Of a DNA stretch of 37,443 nucleotides, positions 29,671 to 37,443 are shown in pieces. The stretch comes from Candidatus Saccharimonadales bacterium. GTDB lineage: Bacteria > Patescibacteriota > Saccharimonadia > Saccharimonadales > JBPEXE01. Made by a program: the position numbers and the translations under genes. Position 1 is the stretch's first letter; the number at the start of each line of letters is the position of its first letter. Where the stretch lies: positions 1-37,443 of the forward strand of contig JBPEXE010000136.1 of the NCBI GenBank assembly GCA_052031955.1. The letters run 5' to 3'. The notes under the pieces were generated by a model. That model was not told the DNA's origin. It saw only the letters and a program-made list of their open reading frames with translations, and did no database searches.

Positions 29671-30515
29671 TCTCGCGCAGCTAAAATATTATTGGCTTCA
29701 AGCCAACTCTCAGGGGTACCGCAATCGTAGAAGATGCCCCTGATTGTATGTAGTGTAAGTGCGTTTGAGCTTGCGAGAATGTTGATAGCGTCTGTGATGT
29801 AATACTCGCCGCTTGTCGCGTCTATCGGGGTTTGCTTCAGCGCGTCCAGCAGGTGCGAGGTTGGCAGAAGGTAGCAGCCCAAGTTGATGAGTCGCGACTC
29901 GGGTGCAATGTCCGCTGTCGGCTTTTCGATTATTTGCGCCAGGTATCCAGGGTTTTGCGTGTCGGCAATGAGAACGCCATAGCGCTCGCGTTCCTCGAGA
30001 GGCACCTCGGTGCCCATGAGCAGACCGTCCGAGGCTGAATCAAGCATTGCATGTACCCCGGCACGCAACTCGCCAAACACGGTTTCACCGTGCAAGATAA
30101 AGCCGTCACCGTTTTGAATCAGCACATGTGTATATGACGAATCAATTGTCGGTAGCACATAACCAACGGCCGCCGCCGTTCCATAGTCACCTGTAGCTGG
30201 CTGTTCGATAATTTGAATCCTGTCACTGTACGCATCAATGGGCGCGACGTGTGTGTCGTATAAATCAGCTTTCCCAACCGCCTCAAGCCGAGTGCGTAGG
30301 GTTGGATTTGGCGTGAAGTGGTCTCTAACCTGCTCATCTCCCTCGGGCACTAGGATATAGATTGCTTCGGCTCCCGCATCAAGACAATCCTCAACCACAT
30401 ACTGCAAGGCGGGTTTGCCAAGCACCGGCATCATGCATTTGTTTATTGATTTGGCTGCTGGTAAAAATCTGCCACCCATACCACCGGCGAGGATAATTGC
30501 TGCGGTCTTTGTCAT
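29667..30515 (-). CDS. galU: sugar-1-phosphate nucleotidyltransferase, GalU-like
   Basis: Track ORF trimmed to Met28 (ATG 30513-30515). AAIILAGGMGGRFLPAAKSINKCMMPV parallels GalU G-x-G-T-R-F-L-P-A-T-K. ~282 aa. Confidence 0.6.
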   Translation of the reverse strand: MTKTAAIILAGGMGGRFLPAAKSINKCMMPVLGKPALQYVVEDCLDAGAEAIYILVPEGDEQVRDHFTPNPTLRTRLEAVGKADLYDTHVAPIDAYSDRIQIIEQPATGDYGTAAAVGYVLPTIDSSYTHVLIQNGDGFILHGETVFGELRAGVHAMLDSASDGLLMGTEVPLEERERYGVLIADTQNPGYLAQIIEKPTADIAPESRLINLGCYLLPTSHLLDALKQTPIDATSGEYYITDAINILASSNALTLHTIRGIFYDCGTPESWLEANNILAARD

Positions 30516-30625
30516 GTAACGATGATAGCATGCACCACCCTTGAGAATGGTATTGAATCGATACCTTTGAATCCGTACAATGAAAGCATTAAGCACTAGC
30601 TTTAATCATCTGGGAGGGTGACTTT

Positions 30626-31654
30626 ATGAAAACAAAGATTGCAATTAATGGTTTTGGCCGTATTGGACGAAATGTCTTTAAGGTGCTTTTCGAGCGAGGT
30701 GATGTTGAAGTCGTGGCAATTAATGACCTGACTGATAACAAGACATTAGCTCATCTATTGAAATACGATACCAACTACGGAACATATCAACATGAGGTGG
30801 TTGCAACCGAAAATGGCATCTCAGTGAAGGGGCAAGAGATTACAATTCTGAGTGAACGCGATCCGGCTGCGTTGCCATGGGGTGATCTGGGTGTGGATGT
30901 GGTAATTGAGAGCACCGGGTTTTTTGTAAATCCTGACGATGCTCGCAAGCACATTCAGGCGGGCGCAAAGAAGGTGGTTATTTCAGCACCAGCAAAAGGG
31001 GACAGCGCCGACAGCGCTACAACCATTGTCTTAGGTGTGAATGATGACGCTCTCGATACTTCAAGCGATGTTATTTCTAACGCATCATGCACGACTAACT
31101 GTATTAGCCCGGTGGTCGCAGTACTACACAACAAATTTGGTATCGAAAAAGCCATGATGACAACTGTGCACAGCTACACCGCTGATCAAAGCCTGCAGGA
31201 TGGCCCACACAAAGATTTGCGTCGAGCCCGAGCAGCAGCCCAAAACATTGTGCCAACCAGCTCCGGTGCCACGATTGCTGCGGCCGAAGTGATTCCCGAT
31301 CTCGCAGGTGTGTTTGATGGACTTGCCTTGCGCGTGCCAACATCGGTTGTTTCACTGAGTGATTTAACCTTCATTCTCAAGAAAGACACAACTGTTGACG
31401 AAGTTAATCAGGCACTTCGTGACGCTGCTCAGCAACCGTTCTATCAAGGTATCTTGGAGTGTGTTGAAGACCCAGTTGTATCAAGCGACTTGAAGGGTAA
31501 TTCACACTCATCAATCGTCGATACGCAACTGACACAAGTTACGGCCGGTAACATGGTGAAGGTCATTGTCTGGTATGACAACGAATGGGGCTACTCAAAC
31601 CGTTTGGCTGAGCTTGCCTCTGATGCGGGTAAAGCGCTTCACAAGGAGGCCTAA
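30626..31654 (+). CDS. gap: type I glyceraldehyde-3-phosphate dehydrogenase
   Basis: INGFGRIGR, SNASCTTNC, WYDNEWGYS. Confidence 0.95.
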   Translation: MKTKIAINGFGRIGRNVFKVLFERGDVEVVAINDLTDNKTLAHLLKYDTNYGTYQHEVVATENGISVKGQEITILSERDPAALPWGDLGVDVVIESTGFFVNPDDARKHIQAGAKKVVISAPAKGDSADSATTIVLGVNDDALDTSSDVISNASCTTNCISPVVAVLHNKFGIEKAMMTTVHSYTADQSLQDGPHKDLRRARAAAQNIVPTSSGATIAAAEVIPDLAGVFDGLALRVPTSVVSLSDLTFILKKDTTVDEVNQALRDAAQQPFYQGILECVEDPVVSSDLKGNSHSSIVDTQLTQVTAGNMVKVIVWYDNEWGYSNRLAELASDAGKALHKEA

Positions 31655-32106
31655 TGAAAGTTTTTCTTGGAGCTGACCATGGTGGATTTGAGTGGAAGCA
31701 AAAAGTATCTGAGTATCTTGCCAAGAACGGCTACGACGTAGAAGACGTCGGTGCTCGCGCGCTTGATCCGGAGGACGATTATCCGGAATTCGCACAACAG
31801 GCAGCCATGCAGGTGATTGGCTCCCAGGACGATGACCCGCGAGCAATACTGATTTGTCGAGGTGGCCAAGGTATGGCAATCGCCGCCAATCGTCATCCGG
31901 GAATTCGCGCATCGGTTATCTGGACGGCTCACGAAGCGAAAATGACTCGGGCCGACAATGATTCAAATGTTCTGTGCTTGCCTGCTGACCATATTCCATG
32001 GGAGGAAATTCCAGGCATCATTGAAACGTGGCTTTCGACGCCATTCACACAGGCGCCACGTCACATCCGACGACTGAAACAAATTGACGACTTCTACCCA
32101 AACTAA
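31654..32106 (+). CDS. rpiB: ribose-5-phosphate isomerase B
   Basis: GADHGGFEWKQKV and ILICRGGQGMAIAANRHPGIRA. TAATG overlap with gap. Confidence 0.9.
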   Translation: MKVFLGADHGGFEWKQKVSEYLAKNGYDVEDVGARALDPEDDYPEFAQQAAMQVIGSQDDDPRAILICRGGQGMAIAANRHPGIRASVIWTAHEAKMTRADNDSNVLCLPADHIPWEEIPGIIETWLSTPFTQAPRHIRRLKQIDDFYPN

Positions 32107-32738
32107 TGAAGGTTGCTATCGCCCCCACCATTACTGCACTTAACCCCCACACCTATCGCGAGCAGATGGAGCGGGTTATGGAGTTTGCGACGCGCATTCA
32201 CGTGGATTATGCCGATGGGCTGTTTGCGCCAACCCAAATGGTTTCACCTGAGCAGTCTTGGTTGCCCGAGGGCTATGAGGTTGATTTGCATGTCATGTAT
32301 CGACGACCAGCCGAACACATGGAGACACTTATTTCCCTGAAGCCAAACTTGGTTATTTTGCACGCCGAGGCTGACGGTAACGTAATCGGGATGATGCGTG
32401 AGTTAAAAGCGGTTGGAATTAGAGCCGGCATCGGTTTATTGCAAAGCACCCAGCCAGAAATATATGCTAACGAAATCGAGGAGGCTGATCATGTACTGAT
32501 CTTTAGCGGTAGCTTAGGCCACCATGGTGGCGTGGCGGACTTGTCGCATCTCGCTAAAGTTGAGCGAATCAAGGAAATTAACCCCTTAGTCGAGGTGGGC
32601 TGGGACGGTGGCATAAATGACGAAAACGTCGGCAAATTAGTGCAGGGCGGGATTAACGTTCTGGACGTGGGTGGATTCATTCATAAATCAGATGACCCAA
32701 AAAATGCTTATGGTATACTGAGCACAGTAGTAAATTAA
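32106..32738 (+). CDS. divergent ribulose-phosphate 3-epimerase-like TIM-barrel protein
   Basis: IHVDYADGLFAP (compare H-x-D-x-M-D-G-x-F-V-P), DLHVMY, VLIFSGSLGHHGG, VGWDGGIN. TAATG overlap with rpiB. Divergent from canonical Rpe. Confidence 0.6.
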   Translation: MKVAIAPTITALNPHTYREQMERVMEFATRIHVDYADGLFAPTQMVSPEQSWLPEGYEVDLHVMYRRPAEHMETLISLKPNLVILHAEADGNVIGMMRELKAVGIRAGIGLLQSTQPEIYANEIEEADHVLIFSGSLGHHGGVADLSHLAKVERIKEINPLVEVGWDGGINDENVGKLVQGGINVLDVGGFIHKSDDPKNAYGILSTVVN

Positions 32739-32765
32739 CGTTTTGACGGATGTATTTATTGCCTT

Positions 32766-33623
32766 ATGGCAACAAAAAAATCAATTGAAGAACTAGAAAA
32801 AATCGCCAATGACATGCGCCGAGACATCATCAAGATGCTGGAGCATGCCAAAAGTGGTCACTCGGCAGGACCGCTTGGCCTGTCTGACATCTTTGCGGCG
32901 CTCTATTTTGACGTCATGAAGCATGACCCGAAGAATCCTGAATGGGATGACCGCGACTTGCTGGTATTGTCAGCCGGTCACACTGTCCCGGTTCAGTATG
33001 TGGCCATGGCGCATTCCGGTTATTTCCCCAAGAAAGAGCTAATGACATTGCGTCAGTTCGGCACCCGATTGCAAGGGCATCCGGAACGAAAGAAGCTGCC
33101 CGGTCTTGAAACAACCAGCGGCCCTTTGGGTGAAGGGCTTTCACAAGCGGCGGGTATGGCCTATGTGCTTCGCATGAATCAGGAACATCACCGCTGGGTT
33201 TACTGTGTGACCGGCGATGGCGAGCTCAACGAGGGTAATATTTGGGAGGCGGCCATGTTTGCCGGCAAAAATAAGTTATATAACCTGACGGCCATTGTTG
33301 ATCGAAACAATATCCAGATCGACGGTAACACTGAGGACGTTATGCCACTTGAAGATTTGCGAGGCAAATGGGAAGCCTTTGGCTGGCATGTCATTGAAAT
33401 CGACGGCAACAACATCGAAGCCGTCATTGATGCTTGTGCCATGGGGCGTGCAATTGTTGAGAAGCCGGTTGTTATCCTCGCTCACACGGTTCCGGGCAAG
33501 GGAGTGGACTTTATGGAATATGACTTTCACTGGCACGGGGCACAACCGGATACGGCGCAGGCGAAGGTTGCCCTGAAGCAGCTTCGTTCGCTCGACGGTA
33601 AAATATCAGGAGACCACGACTAA
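32766..33623 (+). CDS. tkt: transketolase, N-terminal (TPP-binding) subunit
   Basis: HSAGPLGLSDIFAALYF, SAGHTVPVQY, GDGELNEGNIWEAAMFA. Confidence 0.9.
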   Translation: MATKKSIEELEKIANDMRRDIIKMLEHAKSGHSAGPLGLSDIFAALYFDVMKHDPKNPEWDDRDLLVLSAGHTVPVQYVAMAHSGYFPKKELMTLRQFGTRLQGHPERKKLPGLETTSGPLGEGLSQAAGMAYVLRMNQEHHRWVYCVTGDGELNEGNIWEAAMFAGKNKLYNLTAIVDRNNIQIDGNTEDVMPLEDLRGKWEAFGWHVIEIDGNNIEAVIDACAMGRAIVEKPVVILAHTVPGKGVDFMEYDFHWHGAQPDTAQAKVALKQLRSLDGKISGDHD

Positions 33624-34615
33624 TGAGCCATCCCGCACTCTATCTCAACCCAAAGCTCTACGACAAAGATATCGAGAAAGACACCAATCGCGGTGGCTTT
33701 GGTAAGGGCTTAGCTGAAGCTGCCCGTCGGAACGACCAAGTGGTTGGGCTGGCTGCCGATTTGACCGACTCGACCAAGATGAGCATTTTTGCCGAGGAGT
33801 TTCCGGAGCGTTTTATCCAAATCGGCATCGCTGAACAGAACCTGGCTACTGTTGCCAGCGGTATGGCGGCGATGGGCAAGATTCCGTTCATTGCCTCATA
33901 CGCGGCCTTTAGCCCCGGTCGAAACTGGGAGCAAATTAAGACGACCGTCGCGCTAAACGACCAACCCGTTAAGGTGATGGGCGCCCACGCAGGGTTATAC
34001 ACCGGTATGGATGGCGCAACTCACCAGATGCTCGAAGACTTTGCCATTATGCGCGCCATGCCAAACATGGTGGTCCTTGCACCGGCCGACGCGATTGAAG
34101 CACATAAAGTAGCCCTCGCCATGGCTGAAGATCCACGCCCAAACTACGTTCGGCTGACACGCGAGCCACTGGCCACAATTACGACCGAAAAAACACCTTT
34201 CAAGCTCGACCGAGCCTACATTTATAGCCCAGGCAAAGATTTAACTATGGTTGCGACCGGATCAATGACCTATCCGGCTCTGATGGCTGCCGAGGCACTG
34301 TACAAAGACGGTATTGATGTCGAGGTAATTCACATGCCTGTAATCAAGCCTATGGATACGATTACCTTGCTGCATAGTGTTGAGAAGACCGGAGCGGTTA
34401 TGACCATCGAAGAGCACCAAATTAATGGTGGTTTGGGTGGTGCGGTTGCAGAATTCCTCGTTGAGCATCACCCGTCGCCAATGCGTCGTATTGGTGTACG
34501 GGATCGATTTGGTGAGTCGGGTGCGCCTGAGGATCTACTCGAAGCGCACGGCCTGACACCGAAACATATTCAAATACAAGTACATAAATTCTTCCAAGAA
34601 ATTGGTCGGCAATAA
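33623..34615 (+). CDS. tkt: transketolase, C-terminal (pyrimidine-binding) subunit
   Basis: FIQIGIAEQNLATVASGMA and GATHQMLEDFAIMRAMPNM. TAATG overlap with the N-terminal subunit. Confidence 0.9.
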   Translation: MSHPALYLNPKLYDKDIEKDTNRGGFGKGLAEAARRNDQVVGLAADLTDSTKMSIFAEEFPERFIQIGIAEQNLATVASGMAAMGKIPFIASYAAFSPGRNWEQIKTTVALNDQPVKVMGAHAGLYTGMDGATHQMLEDFAIMRAMPNMVVLAPADAIEAHKVALAMAEDPRPNYVRLTREPLATITTEKTPFKLDRAYIYSPGKDLTMVATGSMTYPALMAAEALYKDGIDVEVIHMPVIKPMDTITLLHSVEKTGAVMTIEEHQINGGLGGAVAEFLVEHHPSPMRRIGVRDRFGESGAPEDLLEAHGLTPKHIQIQVHKFFQEIGRQ

Positions 34616-34634
34616 CTCCGGAAAGGGTGGGAAC

Positions 34635-35546
34635 ATGTCACATACAATTGCAGAAATGAGAAAGAACACGGCTCGTGCACGCGAGCTCATGGAGCGTGCC
34701 CGTAAAGACCATTTTGCGGTTGGCGCGTTTAATATCGACAACCAAGAAACAATGATTGCGGTGGCAGAAGCGGCTAAGGCCAAGAACTCCCCTGTTTTGG
34801 TAGAGGTGAGCCACGGTGAAGTTCAGCAGCTAGGTGCCGACATTGTGCGCGAAATGGTTGACCACTATAAAGAAGAAATGGGTATCGAGATGTTTGTAAA
34901 TCTCGACCACAGTCCATCAGTTGAAGCTGCAAAGCGTGGCGTTGATGCCGGCTTTGAGTTTATTCATATTGATATTTCGCAAGCCCGGAAAGATGCAACC
35001 CACGAAGAAATCGTCAACGAAACACGAGAAGTCGTGCAATACGCAACCTTTACCGGCGCTTTGGTTGAGAGCGAACCCCACTACTTTGGTGGTAGCTCAA
35101 ACCTGCACGATGAGGCGATTGATTACGACGAGATTCGTAAGACATTTTCAACACCGGAAGGCATGCGGGAGTTTGTTGATGCGACAGGCATCGATACCTA
35201 TGCAGCGGCAATCGGCAACCTACACGGTAAATATCCGGTGCCAAAACAGCTTGATATCGATTTGCTCAAGCGCCTGAACGAGGCAAGTGATGTGAACATA
35301 AGTCTGCATGGCGGAAGCGGTACCCCAGGACACTTCTTTGAGGAAGCCGCACGCGTTGGTGTCGAAAAGATTAACATCAACTCTGATTTGCGTATTGCTT
35401 TCCGCACAACGCTTGAGAAAGTTCTCAAAGAAAACCCAGACGAATATGCAGTGATGAAGCTCATGCCCGAGGTGTGGGGCGCCGTCCGTGAGGTTGTCGA
35501 GAGTAAGATTGATATGTTCGGTTCAGCCGGAAAGGCGAAGGGCTGA
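34635..35546 (+). CDS. fba: class II fructose-bisphosphate aldolase
   Basis: Start at Met12 of the track ORF, after GGAAAGGGTGGG. AVGAFNIDNQETMIAVAEAA, NLDHS, HIDIS, LHGGSG. Confidence 0.85.
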   Translation: MSHTIAEMRKNTARARELMERARKDHFAVGAFNIDNQETMIAVAEAAKAKNSPVLVEVSHGEVQQLGADIVREMVDHYKEEMGIEMFVNLDHSPSVEAAKRGVDAGFEFIHIDISQARKDATHEEIVNETREVVQYATFTGALVESEPHYFGGSSNLHDEAIDYDEIRKTFSTPEGMREFVDATGIDTYAAAIGNLHGKYPVPKQLDIDLLKRLNEASDVNISLHGGSGTPGHFFEEAARVGVEKININSDLRIAFRTTLEKVLKENPDEYAVMKLMPEVWGAVREVVESKIDMFGSAGKAKG

Positions 35547-36517
35547 TGAGTAAGACCGATATTACAGTAGTCAGTATCGGTGGAGCAGTACAGGATGTAT
35601 TGCTCGTGGGCGAAGTTTTTAAAGCTCAGGACGAAGATGGGCAGCTGGTTGAAGAGTTTAAACTGGGTGAAAAATACGAGGTTGACGAGGTTACGTTTTC
35701 GACTGGCGGTGGCGCCACAAACGGCGCCGTTACATTTGCTCGCCAGGGTTTAAAGTCTGTTTTTGTTGGAAAGATTGGTCATGATCCGGCCGGTGAAGCC
35801 GTTCTGGATGATCTGAAGAAAGACCACGTTGATGCAACACGAGTTGCCTATTCAAAAGACTTCAATACCGGGTATTCAACCATTCTGATTTCACCACGTG
35901 GCGAGCGTGTTGTTCTGACCTATCGAGGGGCATCGACTCACTACGACAAAAGCGACTTTAATGTCACAAAGATTCACGGTGACTGGATGTTCATAACCAG
36001 CATGGCCGGAAACATGGAAGTCATTAAGATGTTTATAGATCATGCCAAGGCAACGCACATGAAGGTAGCTCTCATCCCTGGCAAGGGTGAACTTGCGCAC
36101 GTGGAAGAACTCAAAGAGATGGCGCGCGGACTCCAGATATTCAGTGCTAATAAAGAAGAAACCCAGACATTGGTTGAGGGTGACTCAATTGAAGAGCTGG
36201 CCATCAATATGTCTGCGCTTACCGGGGGTATTGCGGTGGTAACTGATGGGCCAAATGGCGTAGCGACATCAGACGGCCAAACGGTTTGTCGCGCTGGTAT
36301 GTATGAGGACGTGCCTGTGATTGATCGACTCGGCGCCGGTGACGCGTTTGCGTCCGGATTTGTTGCGGCCATCGCCAAGGGTGGCACCATGCACGACGGC
36401 ATCATTTTGGGCTCTGCTAACTCAACCTCAGTAGTGAGCTACGTCGGCGCCAAGACCGGCATCTTAAGGGCTGATGCCGACATCCACGATATGGAAATTC
36501 AGACGTGGGCTGTGTAG
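35546..36517 (+). CDS. PfkB-family carbohydrate kinase
   Basis: GGGATNGAV near the N-terminus and DRLGAGDAFASGFVAAI (PfkB signature 2). TGATG overlap with fba. Substrate unknown. Confidence 0.8.
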   Translation: MSKTDITVVSIGGAVQDVLLVGEVFKAQDEDGQLVEEFKLGEKYEVDEVTFSTGGGATNGAVTFARQGLKSVFVGKIGHDPAGEAVLDDLKKDHVDATRVAYSKDFNTGYSTILISPRGERVVLTYRGASTHYDKSDFNVTKIHGDWMFITSMAGNMEVIKMFIDHAKATHMKVALIPGKGELAHVEELKEMARGLQIFSANKEETQTLVEGDSIEELAINMSALTGGIAVVTDGPNGVATSDGQTVCRAGMYEDVPVIDRLGAGDAFASGFVAAIAKGGTMHDGIILGSANSTSVVSYVGAKTGILRADADIHDMEIQTWAV

Positions 36518-36543
36518 AATAGGAATAAAATAGGGAAACAAAC

Positions 36544-37443
36544 ATGTCAAAATTATTACATGAATTACTACAAGCCAAAGAGCCACTGTTCGATAACTCA
36601 CTTGAGCAACTTGAGAAGGCAAGTGGCCACACTGGCGCAGATGTAAAGCTGACTGCCGATATCATCGAGCGCTTCAAGGCGAAGGTTCGCGAGCTCGGTC
36701 TCGACCCGAACGATTCAACGGGCATTGAGATTTATAACGCGCTCCTCAACCTCGCCAAGGAGCACGACCACCATCTTGCCAAGCAAATTGGCGGCAAAGA
36801 CCCTGAAGACGTGCATGAGATGATTCCGTTGGTGATTGATATCGTCAACAAGACTGATATGCCACGCAAAATCTGGGCGATCAAGAAGAGTGTTGCCAAG
36901 TCCTTCCTGAAAGAAACGCCGCCCACCAGTATTATGGAACGCCTGGGCTATACATCGGTCGATTCCATGCTCAAGAAGGAAAACATCTTTGAGTTAATGG
37001 GCGCACTGCGATTTGCGGAGAGCGATGAGTGGCTGAACGAATTCAACACGCATTATGAGCGTCTGACGCCAAGCGATTTCGAAACGCGCGATATTACACT
37101 TGTGCAGATGCCGAAAGATCGCTGGGGTGACATTGCAGAGCATTTCATCCAAAAGAAACGTCACTTCAATACGCATCTTAAGGAGATGGGCGCCGTTTTG
37201 ATTCTGCCTCCAACCCAAGATCGCATGCCTGGCGTAACCACCAAACTATTCTCGCTGACGTTCCACTATTACAACGAGGTTCGACTTTACAGTGCATTCT
37301 TTAAACTGCAGCAGGTTAAGAAAGACTTTGGCAAGATATTCGTTGAAACCTTGTTGGCCGATCCTGATAGCTCGGCAGTCATTGCCGGTCAAAACATTCA
37401 TTGGCGTGTGATTCAGCGCTACTACGGCAAGCTCAAGGATGAG
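36544..37443 (+). CDS. hypothetical protein, 5' partial (runs off the window end)
   Basis: I read ATG 36544 followed by 300 sense codons with no stop to position 37443 (MSKLLHELLQAKEPLFDNS...). It is absent from the ORF track because it has no stop in the window. Three antisense track ORFs lie within it. No family recognised. Confidence 0.6.
   Translation, partial: MSKLLHELLQAKEPLFDNSLEQLEKASGHTGADVKLTADIIERFKAKVRELGLDPNDSTGIEIYNALLNLAKEHDHHLAKQIGGKDPEDVHEMIPLVIDIVNKTDMPRKIWAIKKSVAKSFLKETPPTSIMERLGYTSVDSMLKKENIFELMGALRFAESDEWLNEFNTHYERLTPSDFETRDITLVQMPKDRWGDIAEHFIQKKRHFNTHLKEMGAVLILPPTQDRMPGVTTKLFSLTFHYYNEVRLYSAFFKLQQVKKDFGKIFVETLLADPDSSAVIAGQNIHWRVIQRYYGKLKDE

Noticed and set aside
1-37443. 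tRNA, rRNA, tmRNA, RNase P or riboswitch genes in the intergenic regions
   Set aside because: The intergenic spacers are mostly under 120 nt. The only long one (16401-16899) contains the micro-ORF unit and no cloverleaf-like or otherwise recognisable RNA gene features by eye. A covariance-model scan would be needed to be certain.

Overview
This is a gene-dense 37.4-kb window with about 36 protein-coding genes. I could not recognise any rRNA or tRNA genes, CRISPR arrays, transposases, integrases or prophage blocks. All calls rest on motif recognition by eye, with no searches run.

Most of the window is housekeeping:
- translation and stress genes: pheS-pheT, L25/Ctc, csaA-like tRNA-binding protein, rmuC, yajQ, trxB plus an NrdH-like glutaredoxin, ppa
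- an FKBP PPIase and an orphan RND pump
- a translationally coupled sugar-phosphate operon: gap-rpiB-rpe-like, split transketolase, class II fba, PfkB kinase

The gene set and compaction suggest a reduced Patescibacteria/CPR (Saccharibacteria-like) genome. The signs are stop-stop overlaps, ATGA/TAATG junctions, split transketolase and a CarS-type enzyme. This placement is an inference.

The standout is a 10.9-kb minus-strand envelope locus at 5550-16400.
- It starts with a 1869-aa secreted giant protein. That protein carries two copies of a triplet of phage tail-collar/HxH-type modules, possibly single-chain pseudo-trimeric receptor-binding tips.
- The giant gene is directly abutted by a single-pass membrane protein with a 229-aa tail that ends in a histone-H1-like poly-Lys stretch.
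- Next come a 352-aa secreted Thr/Ser-rich protein, a second paralogous anchor, and an Ig/PKD membrane protein.
- The two secreted proteins share a homologous C-terminal domain of about 170 aa. The arrangement therefore looks like two 'cargo + anchor' cassettes, resembling Firmicutes WxL/Csc loci.
- I propose it as a candidate host-attachment system.

Secondary points of interest:
- a CarS-like / PHP phosphatase / CDP-alcohol phosphatidyltransferase lipid head-group module (1598-3458)
- an unannotated 35-codon hydrophobic micro-ORF with a consensus promoter and a strong terminator, just upstream of the giant gene
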